From NCBI RefSeq assembly GCF_006345805.1, contig NC_043007.1, positions 57,164,001-57,228,000 of the forward strand: a stretch of DNA of 64,000 nt, written 5' to 3'. The position numbers and the translations under genes are program-made. Shown here piece by piece: positions 24,385 through 37,188 of the stretch. Every line of letters starts with the position of its first letter. The first letter of the stretch is position 1. The notes under the pieces were generated by a model, which was given only the letters and a program-made list of their open reading frames with translations, was not told the DNA's origin and searched no databases. This DNA comes from Octopus sinensis. Lineage: Eukaryota.

Positions 24385-25477
24385 ATAATTATAAATAAGA
24401 ACAAAAGAGATTTTCTATGCCAATATGCTGAAAAATAGACTTTAGATCGTCTAATCACATACAATATTTTTTTACTACAAATACACAGTGTTGAAAACGA
24501 GGAAAGCAAGCTAACAGAAATTTTTACAATTCGTTATTCCCCAAACGGACCGATTTCTGGATTAATCCAAAATGATTCCCCATCCGTCGGCGAGAAATAC
24601 GATAAGAATACATGGAATAATCACATATATCCACGGAAAAAGCAGATGCAAAATCATGCGTACATTTAAGTACCCCAAATATAATCTAAACATAAATTCT
24701 GTAGCAAGCCTCAGCACACGTGTAGACGGTTAGGAAGCTCACGTAGAATGGTTACCAGTCCTGAAGTGAATAATGAATTTTAAAATTTTCTGTTAGCGTG
24801 CTTACTTCGTTTCAACACGCTGTGTATTTATAGAGAAAAATATTGTATGTGGTTAGACGATCTAAAGTCTATTTTTCAGCATATTGGCATACACAATCTT
24901 TTTATTTTGCTCTTATTTATAATTGCTTATAATTTTCACATTAAAAGGTATTTTAATATGCTGGCCGCTGATATAATTTAAAAAAAAAATTTATCCTTAT
25001 ATTAGAAGTAAATTTATTACCATTCATTTCGAGACTGGCAACAACTTTACGTGAGTTTCCTGACCGTCTACACGTGTACTGAGGTTACTACAGAATTTCT
25101 GCTCTGATATATTTGGGGTACTTAAATATACACATGACTTTGTATCTGCTTTTTCCATAGGTATTCCATGTATTTTTATCATGTTTCTCGCTGACGAAGG
25201 AAGAATCCTTTTGGTTTAATCCAGAAATTGGTCTGATTCAGGAATAACGAGTTTTAAAAATTTCTGTTAGCTTGCTTTCCTCGTTTCAGCACGCTGTGTA
25301 TTTATAGTGAAAAAAATATTGTACGTGGTTAGCCTATTTTTCAGCATATTGGCATAGACATTTTTTTCTTTTGCTCTTATTTATAATTGTTTATAATTTT
25401 CACTTTAAAAGATATTTTAATATACTGGCCACTGATAATTTTTTTTTTTTTGAAAAATGTTATCCTTATATTACAAG

Positions 25478-25478
<1 letters not shown>
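24385..25478. repeat. Inverted plus partial-tandem repeat (PLE pLTR-like) with degenerate HHRs
   Basis: 24385-24775 is an inverted copy of 25020-25390; 24776-25010 is a direct copy of 25253-25478. CUGACGA..CCA-GAAA-UUGG-UC at 25191-25233. Confidence 0.85.
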
Positions 25479-25509
<31 letters not shown>

Positions 25510-25733
25510 ATCCAAACAAAGAAGAACGAGCAAGAAAAAAACGATAACGCGAGGACGTGGTATAATAATAATAACATAAAAAAAATACCTTAGGAATGAG
25601 AATCCAGGCTGGAAGTTTCCCCAAGACATTCTTGTCAGTGGATTAGGTAGATGGTAACTAAAAGAAATCCGTCTTGTACATACATACATACATACATATG
25701 TATCTGTGTGTGTATGTATATATATATATAATA

Positions 25734-25784
<51 letters not shown>

Positions 25785-25806
25785 ATATATATATTATCTA
25801 TATATG

Positions 25807-25841
<35 letters not shown>

Positions 25842-26240
25842 GTATATATATATATATATATTCATATTTTAAAATAGAAAATTACCTTTAACAGGTAATT
25901 TTTACATGCTAGAAATAGCAGCCAACTCGGCCAAAACAACAATTTAATAGCAAATTTCGAAGTAAATGAAAAATAAAAACTTTTACTTTGCTATTTAACG
26001 GTTACTTTAGCAAATAATATTACTTGCCATCCTTCAATAGGTAATTTAGCAAGACAACATTATCTACCAGGCGAACTCTCGTCAGTAACCGGCCTCAATA
26101 ACTAACTTATAAATCAGAGACGAGATAACACGTGTCCCATCATTATATGTTATAATTTCTCAAAATACCACGCGCAGGCGCATTTACAGTCAGCAATAAA
26201 TACAATGCCGTACTGAATCTTCGAGAATTCTAAGAACATA

Positions 26241-26285
<45 letters not shown>

Positions 26286-26315
26286 TGTGTGTGTGTGTGT
26301 GTATGTGTATGTATG

Positions 26316-26389
<74 letters not shown>

Positions 26390-26502
26390 ATATATATTAT
26401 ACATACATACATACATATACATACATACACATACACATACACATGTGTGTGTGTGTATGTGTATGTATGTATGTATATGTATGTGTATATATATATATAT
26501 AA

Positions 26503-26534
<32 letters not shown>

Positions 26535-26579
26535 CACATACACACACACAGACACACAAACACATATATACATACTTAT

Positions 26580-27935
26580 AAATGTACAAATATTAATGAC
26601 TTGTGGAGACACAGTATTTCCTTATGCAACTATAGTATACTACAAAGTATATTAAACTGTTTACAAGTCAATATTGTGATCTACAGTGTTAGCAGTGCTA
26701 TTAAAACATATGTTAAGATTATCGCTACAGTTTTTCTATAGAAATTATAGCCAACACTGATGTGCCTACTACGTACAATTGGTATAGCTAGTAACGTTCA
26801 CTACTATAGTTAGTGCCTATTTAAGCAATGAGTTTGTGGATGGTTAATGGGTTGGATGTGGTTCTGATAAAGGAGCAAAACTGAAACATGCCACTTTTTA
26901 TCTTCGATCTTATTGTTGTTTACAAGGGATACGAAACGTCGTAACAAATCTGTGGTGGTTATAATTTCTATAGAAAATCTTCAGATGTAATCTTAGCATG
27001 CATATGTATTTATATATACATACACACATACACATTTACATACAAACATACCTACATACGTACATACATACATACATACATACATACATACATACATACC
27101 TACATACATACATACTACATACATACATACATGCATGCACATACATGATATGCATACATACAAACATCCATACACATATATACACACAAGCTCACATCCA
27201 TAATGTACACACATACACACACACAGACACACAACACATATATACATACTTATAAATGTACAAATATTAATGACTTGTGGAGACACAGTATTTCCTTATG
27301 CAACTATAGTATACTACAAAGTATATTAAACTGTTTACAAGTCAATATTGTGATCTACAGTGTTAGCAGTGCTATTAAAACATATGTTAAGATTATCGCT
27401 ACAGTTTTTCTATAGAAATTATAGCCAACACTGATGTGCCTACTACGTACAATTGGTATAGCTAGTAACGTTCACTACTATAGTTAGTGCCTATTTAAGC
27501 AATGAGTTTGTGGATGGTTAATGGGTTGGATGTGGTTCTGATAAAGGAGCAAAACTGAAACATGCCACTTTTTATCTTCGATCTTATTGTTGTTTACAAG
27601 GATACGAAACGTCGTAACAATCTGTGGTGGTTATAATTTCTATAGAAAATCTTCAGATGTATCTTAGCATGCATATGTATTTATATATACATACATACAC
27701 ACACATATGTACACGCTACAGACACTCTCACACATATATACTTATACATATACTGACATATATATATATATATAAATTTATATATATGTATAGATATAGA
27801 GAACTTCGTACACATCCATACATACAAACACGCGCATACATACATGCATGCACATACATGATATGCATACATACAAACATCCATACACATATATACACAC
27901 AAGCTCACATCCATAATGTACACACATACACACAC
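26580..27935. repeat. Near-identical tandem duplication (period about 670-710 bp)
   Basis: 26580-27005 matches 27252-27675, and 27125-27215 matches 27840-27935; visible differences are single-base indels. Confidence 0.93.
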
Positions 27936-27967
27936 TTCCATACATACTTCCATACATATTTGCATAA

Positions 27968-28014
<47 letters not shown>

Positions 28015-29409
28015 GCATACAATGCTCGCAGCAACTCGATCGTTAACAAGGAATACTGGGCATTATGGGCAGAGTTTTTAGACGCGATAATTAAAATATC
28101 GCCACCAGCGACGATGGTGTCATTTTGGTTGTTTTTCTTTTTTGCATTCTATTTTACTGTCTTATTTTTATCCTTCCCATTTAGAAAGAATATATATACT
28201 TTTTACAACTGAAAACCATATTAAAAGAAGATACGATAGTGATTGAATGAATGGCTGTTTTAAACTGACTTTCGCCCCTTACCACCCTAATTCTTGCTCG
28301 TACTAAACCCTCCCACCTCCTAGCCCCCGCACTTATACTCTTAACACTTCAGTTTTCTCCACTACTTTCACTTTCATTTTCTGTTTTTTTCCTATCTCAA
28401 AACACCTTTCTCCTTACTCCTTCCGCCTCTTTCCTTGTTTCATTCTTCAATGGGGCACTTGTAGTTAGCAGTTTTTCCGCCAGAGGTCGTAGGTCATTGG
28501 CGAAATTTGTTCAAAAAGAGATATCATTCACTTTCGTTCATCATTTATGTTTCCATTTATATATTCTTTATTTTCATTTCATTTACGTGTCTTCATTTTT
28601 TTCTCCCTCTCCTTCCTTTTCTTCTCTTTTCGAAAATCACTAATTAATAACTGAACATTTTCATACGATTATGGAAAAGTCCGGCAGGCGTGTGTGAAGA
28701 TTATAAAGAGGAGGTTCTATCTTTTTTATAATGTAACGTTGCTGAGAGATTGCTGCTTGACCGATGAGTACACATGAACACACACACGCACACGCACGCA
28801 CACACACATGCACACATCTGCTTACCTTACATAGACATTAATACATACAGATATGCGTGTATACACAAATATGTAGATATAGATGTATGCATGTACTACA
28901 CGTATACCTATACATATATTCATACATGCGTACAGGCATACATACAGAGAGGTCTCTAAAGTAAAAAGACGCCCCTCATTTTATGCAGACAGTCATATAT
29001 ATACCGTTATGTATATATACATGTATATACATATGTATATACGTACACAATCCAAAACACCAGCATGGAGAAAGAGGGTGGGCAAGAACAGACACAAATG
29101 ACTACAGAATGATCAAGAAAGACGTACAGAGATAAACAGTATAGAGGGCATTCAAAGTACAGACAGGTTACTGGTGTGAGAGAAAGTGGATGAATACTGA
29201 AATGGCAGGGTGAGATAAAGAAAGAAAATGAAAGTCTGTGAGAAAGAAAGAAGAGAAAAACGAGTGTGATTGAGTAAAAGATGAGAATTTAAGGAAGATA
29301 AAACAAACAGATCAATGGCAAGTGGAAGGTGTACACATGTACACAACACTCACATATGAACATATATATGCATATATAAAGGTACACACACACACATATA
29401 TATATATAT

Positions 29410-29439
<30 letters not shown>

Positions 29440-29442
<3 letters not shown>

Positions 29443-29591
29443 TTTTCTCTCCCTGTTTATTTCTGTGTTCTTTTCTGTTGAAGAGCGTAGGCTTGAAAAG
29501 CAAAACACTTTCTCACTTCCCAAGCATTAAACTAACACATCTGTTTGTTGTTTACGCACACGTCTTCGTCTTTTGTCTTTTTTGTAAATTC

Positions 29592-29597
<6 letters not shown>
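29440..29597 (+). repeat. Short HHR-like repeat (homologue at 55825-55990, minus)
   Basis: CUGUUGA-A-GAGC guag GCUU-GAAA-AG-CA at 29475-29502. Confidence 0.7.
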
Positions 29598-29667
<70 letters not shown>

Positions 29668-29711
29668 CATATCTGTATGTATGAATCGCTCTCTCTCTCT
29701 CTCTCTCTCAC

Positions 29712-29756
<45 letters not shown>

Positions 29757-29768
29757 ATATATATATAT

Positions 29769-29991
29769 CACGTGATCACGTGACCGACCAGACCATCAGA
29801 TGTAGTTACACATCTTTCGCATTGTTTTAGCCTTCGAATGATACCACCCCGCTGGCTAAGCGAGCAGGCCGACAGAAGAAAGAGTGGGAGAAAGAGTGGT
29901 GAAAGAGTACAGCAGGGATCACCACCTCCTGCCGGAGCTTCGTGGAGCTTTTAGGTGTTTTCGCTCAATAAACACTCACAACGCCCGGTCT
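29769..29991 (-). mobile_element. SINE, family-B 5' body with a different 3' tail, head truncated
   Basis: Matches 36875-36990 (CCGGGCGTTGTGAG...CTCTTTCTTC) and then diverges. Confidence 0.8.
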
Positions 29992-32900
29992 ATTCTAAAT
30001 GGGAAATTTTGTTTGTTTGTGGGGGATAATTTTCAGTAAAAGGGAGATAAATCTGTAATTATCAATATGAGTTTATACTCAGTTATGGCTTATGTTTTTT
30101 GATAAATGGGGTCTCTTTATTTAGTTGCACTTGTGTTGAGGTCTAAATAGCACATTGATATAATGGGAAGATTAGGAATTATGGTTGCATTTGTTCTGCG
30201 CATCTGTCAATGTGTTCACTGAGATGTATCAGGTGATATTGTAGAGAAGAGATCTGTTGTCTGTGAACTTTACATCCACGTCTAAGGTCTAAAGAACATT
30301 CCTGTGGAACCTATATAGTTTTTATGACAGCCCGAGCATCTTATGACATAAATGAGGTGTTCAAATGCGCAAGTGAAATTGGATGTAATTTTGAATTTTT
30401 ACCCTTGTTTAAATGGAATTCTGATCTTTCCAAAAGATTGGGACATAATCCGCAGTTAGGACGACCACATCTTTTTACTCTTGTGTCCGTTATCCTTGAC
30501 AATAATTTTCCATTTGTGAGGATATCCTTTAATGCTTTTGGTTGTTTATTGCTTTTAATGGTGTTATGTGTACGCATAATTTCCTTCAGTTTGGGGTCCA
30601 ATGATGTTAAATGCTTCATTGTTTCTAGGGTTGTAAATGGATACATAAGGTGGTATTTTCAGAGTAGGTGTTTCATTGTGTTAGACTTTTCTTAATATTT
30701 TTATGTCAATTGATTTTGTATGTATAATCCCATCATCTATGGGTTGAATTGGGTAGTGTCTCTCAATGAGTACGTTTTTAAGCTCTTGCAGTCTCGGTTC
30801 TCTGGTATATTTTTCGGACACCATGGTGAAAATCCTTCTTGCACGATTGAAGGGGATATTTGTTTTAATATGTCTCGGGTGGCATGATCTAAATAATAGG
30901 TATTATTTAGCATCTGTAGTTTTGTAAATATGTCCGTTCTATTTTTTGTTTATTTTTTAACCAGTATATCTAGGAACGGGAGTTCCTCTTGGTTGTGTTC
31001 CATTGTGAATTGTATGTTGGTGTTAATACTATTAAGGAGTCTTTTGAAATCCAGAAGTTTATCTATGTTATCATTCCAGAGGATGAAGCAGTCGTTCAAA
31101 AATCTTTTCCAATTTTCTTTTATGTATTGAGATTGAGGGTTTCCAAATTTTGAAAATGACCCCTGATATATTGCTATTTCTAAATAGCCCATTGTTAGGT
31201 TAGCAATAAACGGGGCTACCCTGGTCCCCATGGCAATTCCGGATTTTTGGCGATAAACAGTGGTGTCAAACATGAAATGGTTATTTCGTAGGGTGAATTT
31301 TACTTATTTGATTATGAAGTCTTTGCTGATCTGTTCTAGTGTTTCTTCTGGATATTTGTCAAGCCAGAACGGAATTGCTTCTATTCCATAATTATAGGGT
31401 ATGTAGGTATGTAGCTTTATCACCTCAAATGAAGCCGTGAGTGTTTCTTCCTTGGCCTTTTTTACTAGGTGATTTAACATATCTAAGTCATCTCTAATTT
31501 AACATTTGATGTATCTTAGAAATGGTTTCAGGGGGAATGTTCATGAAGCAAGGTAGTCGATGCGTTTCACAGGATGGTCCAGCCATAAAGGGCTGTAATT
31601 TTAGGACTCCTGCTGTTGGTGTATATATGTACGCCTTTGGTGATTTTTTATGGCTTCGTTTATAGTCTGGCTTTTGTGAATTTTCGGTAGACCATAGAAT
31701 AGGCTGGGTTTACACTTAATGTTTGTTAAGTAGTCTATTTTTTTTTTGTTAGGTCTTTTCCGAGGATTTGAATTAGTGAAAAGAGGTTTTACGTTATTTT
31801 TTTGGTGGTGGTGGTGGTGGTGGGTAATCTTTGACTTTTTCCTAGTGTTCGTCATTATTTAGCATGGATACTACAAGATGTTTGTAGTATAATGCGTCTA
31901 TTACTACCATTGCACTCCCTTTTTCCGCTTCTTTAATTGTTATTTCCTCATTATTTTGTAGTTCAACAAGTTCTTTCTAATGGGTAGTGCTGAAGTTTGA
32001 AATTACTTTCTGTTTGTGCAAGGCATGGCAGGGGAATGTGATTGCAGAATTCGTCGAGATTTTTATTTTATCCTTTGTGGGGGATGTGTTCACTTCTGTT
32101 TTTAACTAGTGAATCATATTCGCTATTATAATTGACCAGTACTTCTGTAAGCCTTAATTTCCTGCAGAATTTTAATACCCTGTCCTTGACTTCATTTTGG
32201 TTAGCCCTGCGTGGAGTTGGGGTGAATTTTAGCCCTTTTGATAGGTTGATAGGGATTTGTGTCCCGGTTCCTTTGGTCTGGGGCTAAAAAATGTTGGTTG
32301 TGGTTGCGCTGGTATGAACTGTCCGTGTAAATGTAGGGGTTTCGATTGGGTGAATGCTGATATTGTTGTATTGTTGGAAGAAACTATCACTTTTCTCCCA
32401 GCGTTGGAGGGAATTTCTTTCTACAGTTTCACATGCTTCCTTCCAAAGGTTAATAATATTATCTAGAGATTGTGCGTTGGTGTGTTTAACTATTTCCCTG
32501 TGCAGCTTTTCGTCGATGTTTTTGTATTTTTCTTCATTCTTTTAAGCTCTTAATTTTAGTATTCCAGCTTCTGATTTCAAATGGAATAGTGCTAACTTTC
32601 CTCTAATTACCCTCTGTCCGTCAGATTCATATGGTATAATTTTTATTTGAAATTTGCGTGGGATAATTATCGGCGTTGAGTTTATCCAACGTTCATAAAT
32701 TTCTGATTTATTGGAATTTTTAATCATATTCCAGAATCCAAATTTTCTATTATGAAGGTCTGTGTTCTAGACGTTATCTATTTTCCATTTTGTTGAATAG
32801 ACTAGCGATAGTGCCGGGTTGTGGTGGGTTTCATTTATTGCGGGTCGGTTATTGTTCGGTCTGTTTATGAAAATCGAGTTTAGTATTGTGCACAAAGTGT

Positions 32901-33440
32901 TTAAATCTTTACTAATCTGATCTTGTTTTTGTATGAATTCGTTATGAGTGTCATTTAAGTGGGGTTGTTGTTCATTGCTAGGTTTCTTTATGACTATTGA
33001 GTTGAGAGTTGCGCATAAAAGATTTAAATCTTTACTAACCTGATCAGCGTGGAGAGTCTTTTCTTCATTGTTTTTTCTCTCTCATGAATGAGTAGCTTTG
33101 AAGCCCCGGTTTTGTTAATTAAAGTTATGAGATGTGAGTTGATATTTTTGAGTTCTCTTAGGATGTCCTCATTTGTAATTTTATCCGTTGGATTTGTCTT
33201 CTGTGGCACTTTCGGTCTCACGTGTTGAATATATGTGAATGAGAAAGTATGGTTGGTAATTACACGTAGTTGAATATAAAAGGAAAGAAATCAGATGAAA
33301 CAACACAGAAGATTTGTTCTATAAAACTAAAGAATATATTTCAATCGTCATGGCGAAAGAATTATACAATATTATATAAAATAAGATCTTTTTCCTCTAA
33401 TAAAATAATCGGTTTCGCTGAAACTTTTCAAATTTTTGAG
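29992..33440 (-). mobile_element. Near full-length Penelope-like element, decayed
   Basis: N-terminal ORF pieces (33024-33221, 32542-32727); RT (FYGLPKIHK, GIAMGTRVAPFIAN, WKRFLND, ELPFLDIL); GIY-YIG (CGRPNCGLC, NYIGSTG); 3' end cut by a SINE. Confidence 0.92.
33403..33435 (-). ncRNA. Degenerate U3:A8-type hammerhead motif upstream of the PLE ORF
   Basis: AAAU-UUGAAAA-GUUUCAGC-GAAA-CCGA-UU/AUUU. Confidence 0.4.
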
Positions 33441-33474
33441 TGTTAAATGCAATTCGAAATGAAAACTTCTGATA

Positions 33475-33567
<93 letters not shown>

Positions 33568-34205
33568 TTGAGTAGTTGAATGAATTATCTTGTTATGGAT
33601 AATTCGATTAACCGATACCTGGGTAGCAAATTCACATCAGAGAAGACACGTTTGAAGTTACGTGTTTTCGTGTGGAAATTTGTATGTTTTTTTTAATAAA
33701 TAAAATATAGAAAGAATGAAGTTGAACGACGAATTAACAAATTCCTTTATTTTCGACATATGTTTCGAAGGCTGCATATTCCTAATGCGAAGGAATAAGG
33801 AGTATATCATGCCGCTTTCTCTCAAAGAAAAGCAGGAACTTATGTCAACATCAAGATGCACAAAACCTTTTAGATGACTGCTCACACGGACCCATAGTGA
33901 AAATGATGTCTCTTTAAAATTCCTTTATGAGGAGTGACGTCAAAATGGTCGGATTGTAGAAGAATCTAGAAGGTTCTAAGGTTCAAGGGTTCAAACGAAG
34001 TAGGAGAAGAGAGGCATAAGAATAGGAAGGTGAAAGGGTGCAGTTCAAATGAATGGTGAATTTTCTTTTGTGAGTGAGTGTCTGTGTGACTGTATATAAC
34101 GGCATTAATGTGTGTGTGTGTGTATGTGTGTGCGTGATTGTGTTTGAGGATGGGTGGGTGTCAGAAAACAGACAGTGTTGAGGTGAACGGTTTGATTCTG
34201 TGTAG

Positions 34206-34242
<37 letters not shown>

Positions 34243-34247
<5 letters not shown>

Positions 34248-34971
34248 AATAAAATATATGCATACATACAAACAAATATGTACGTACCGACATCTACATG
34301 TATATATACATGCATATATAAATATATATATACGTACAGGACATCACAAGAAACGAAAAAAATCAACAGAACGAAAACGGAGAAGACATTTTGTTACAAC
34401 AGAAGGACAGAGACGTGGAACAAGACGAAACGAAAACGAAAACGGGAAAAACATTATGTGCAGCAGAAAAACGAAGTACAGGACATGCTACATAAGGAAA
34501 ATCCCTTCATCAGCTGTCGCTAGCAGCACGTGTTTCGAAGGCAGAGCAGAACACGTAGGTCAAGCTAGGCCTTCCTACGAGAGAATTAAAATAAAATAAA
34601 CTCGTAGAGGAGTAAACGAGCAGGAAAAAATGTAACACAAAAAGGGACGTAACAAGAACTGCACAAAAAAATACAACAAAGAAAAAATAATACAAAATTA
34701 AAGATACATGTACACGAAAATACATAACGAGAATTAATTACAATACGAGAAAACAAAAATAACCAAGAGAACAAACGAAAAAGACGAACGGAGCCTTTGT
34801 TCTGGCTGGGACGAGAAGGTAACTGGCGAGCGCGAGGAAACATGACCTTATGGCCTGAATGCAACAGGCGGAAAGGTTTAGCAGTGACGAAAGTGAGGAG
34901 GAGTAGGAGAGAGAGAGAGAGAGACAGATAGAGGAAGACACAGGCTAGAGAGAAGGGTGAGGTAGAGAGAG

Positions 34972-35031
<60 letters not shown>

Positions 35032-35279
35032 CGGGAAGTTAAAGCAAAGGGAGAGAGTTTCGCATCATTGTAGTAAACTGTAAAAACGGACAAGGAGGAA
35101 GGAGACAGAACGAAGTGAGAATTCGAAAAATCGAAAATTCAAACGAACCCGACGCGAAGCGCTGTCAGACAATAGTGTAATAAATAAAATATATGCATAC
35201 ATACAAACATATATGTACGTACCGACATCTACATGTATATACATGCATATATAAATATATATATACGTACAGGACATCA
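34243..35279. repeat. ~830-bp non-coding segment bounded by ~103-bp direct repeats
   Basis: 34243-34346 matches 35178-35279 (TAATAAATAAAATATATGCATAC...CGTACAGGACATCA). Confidence 0.85.
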
Positions 35280-35466
35280 ACTTTCTATGTAGAGATAAGC
35301 AAGTAAGACAGATCAGTATATAATGTATATTAAATACATGAAATTAAAAAATGTATGTTTACATATAAAAAGATCCGACTTACACAGAATACAAATGATA
35401 GAGAAAATTAAAGGGGCTGAAGAAAAGTATCACAAATCCAAAAGCTGTTTCTGTGGGGTTCATATA

Positions 35467-36388
35467 CAGGGTGTCCTTAAAGTCTCTTTACAATTTTAAA
35501 ATTTTATTACAAATGCAGTTGACAAGATATCTTAACCAGATTTGTTTTATTGTAATAATTGTTTATTAAAGTTTTTTTAAATGTTATTTAATAGACCTCA
35601 ATATGGGCACCATTAGTTGCGCGAAGCACATCAAGACGGTACTCGATTTCTTGCCATGTTCGCAGTAGGATACCCTTATCAACGGTGGCAATGGCATTAT
35701 GAATCCTTTGCTTCAAGTCAGCAACGTCCTGTATCTTTGTTTGATACATGATTTATTTTACATAACCCCATAAAAAGAAGTGCAAGGGAGTGATATCTGG
35801 CAAATGCGGTGGCCATGGAATTGGCCCATCCCTTCCAATCCATCGGTCTGGAAATGTTTGATTGAGAAACTGACGAACATGCCGTCCCCAATGTGGTGGT
35901 GCACCATCTTGCTGGAAATTGATGGTTGGTTGTAAATCAATCAGTTGTGGTGCCACATATTCGGTCAGAAGGTCGAGGTAAGCATCTGCAGTAATTGTTG
36001 CCTCGTTGAAGAAAAATGGACCAATTATTCGATTGCACATGATTTCACACCACACATTCACTTTTGGATATCCCATTGAAGCTCCCTTGTCGCATGGGGG
36101 TGTTTTGATCCCCAGATTTTCACACTGTGTTTGTTTAATTTCCCCGCAACATAAAAAGTCGCCTCGTCACTAAAACAAACTCGCTTGGGGAATGCTTCAT
36201 CCTCATTTTATAGGGGTTCAGTGAATCAGTTCCCTTCCATCAACAGAGTATCTGAAACACAAAAGTTTAATATCAATAAAAACTTTAATAAACAATTATT
36301 AAAATAAAACAAATCTGGTTAAAATATCTCATCAACTGCCTTTGTAATAATTTTTTTTAAATTGTAAAGAGAGTTTATGGACACCCTG
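35467..36388 (-). mobile_element. Tc1/mariner DD41D-type element, internally deleted, long TIRs
   Basis: TA|CAGGGTGTCC...GGACACCCTG|TA with ~110-bp TIRs; ORF 35753-36076 KVNVWC...QQDGAPPH-x41-WPPHLPDITPL(H)FFLWGYVK. Confidence 0.9.
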
Positions 36389-36809
36389 TATATTGAGAGA
36401 GCTTATCAAAGAGCTACTCAAATTCAAATCTTGCGGCCAGCTATAAAGAAAAAACTTCAGACAGAACCGAAATCACACAAAAAGAAATAACTAAAAAGGA
36501 TATAATGAAAGACACAACATCTAAATATGCAATAGCTACATCAACATCCCTTAAGAAAACACTAATAATATGAAAAATGTAGTGAATCCTGAATGTAATA
36601 ACCGTTATTTTTAGACATAAACCAGAAATACAGGTAGCAAGAATGGAGTTCATTCACGAAAAACCCAAAACAGCTGCCCTTCAACTGGGATACGGAAGTG
36701 CTTCTTTCTAGCAAAGATAATGAAAGAAATAATTTAATCTTACAGTTACAAGTGTAACAGCAACTATTTCTCCCTGCCTCTAATTGTTTATGAATATATA
36801 TGTCAGTGT

Positions 36810-37188
36810 GGAGGCGCAATGGCCCAGTGTTTAGGGCAACGGACTCGCTGACGTAGGATCGCGGTTTCGATTCCCAGTCCGGGCGTTGTGAGCGTTTATT
36901 GAGCGAAAATGCCTAAAGTTCCTCGAGGCTCCGGCAGGGAGTGGTGGTGAACTCTGCCGTATTTTTTCACCACAACTTTCTCTCACTCTTTCTTCCTGTT
37001 TCTGTTGTACCTGTATTTCAAAGGGCCAGCCTTGTCACACTCTGTGTCACGCTGAGTTTCTCCGAGAACAACGTTAAGGGTACACATGTCTGTGGGGTGC
37101 TCATCCACTCACACGTTAATTTCCCGAGCAGCCTGTTCTGTTGATCGGATCAATTGGAACCCTCGTCGTCGGAACCGACGGAGTGCCA
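36810..37188 (+). mobile_element. tRNA-derived SINE, family B
   Basis: GGAGGCGCAATGGCCCAGTG...GGTTTCGATTCCC head; tail ends CCGACGGAGTGCCA. Confidence 0.87.

Noticed and set aside
28484-28496. Nuclear-receptor DR1 site AGGTCG-T-AGGTCA
   Set aside because: A one-mismatch 13-mer is plausible by chance in 64 kb; no other support.
29992-33440. Selenocysteine-recoding (Naiad-type) PLE
   Set aside because: The endonuclease is C-terminal, and the breaks include frameshifts and non-TGA stops, i.e. ordinary decay.
21268-33880. 12.6-kb transposon defined by inverted 21.3k/33.7k repeats
   Set aside because: The copies are diverged, have an indel and carry HHRs. The interior is unrelated mixed repeats. 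They are better explained as dispersed copies.
34520-34580. HHR-like motifs at 34520-34580 (minus), 53205-53262 and 54373-54398
   Set aside because: A stem plus GAA(A) is present, but the 5' core or cleavage triplet is missing or too degenerate.
36810-36890. tRNA genes at SINE heads
   Set aside because: The A/B-box heads continue into SINE bodies and no clean cloverleaf could be formed.
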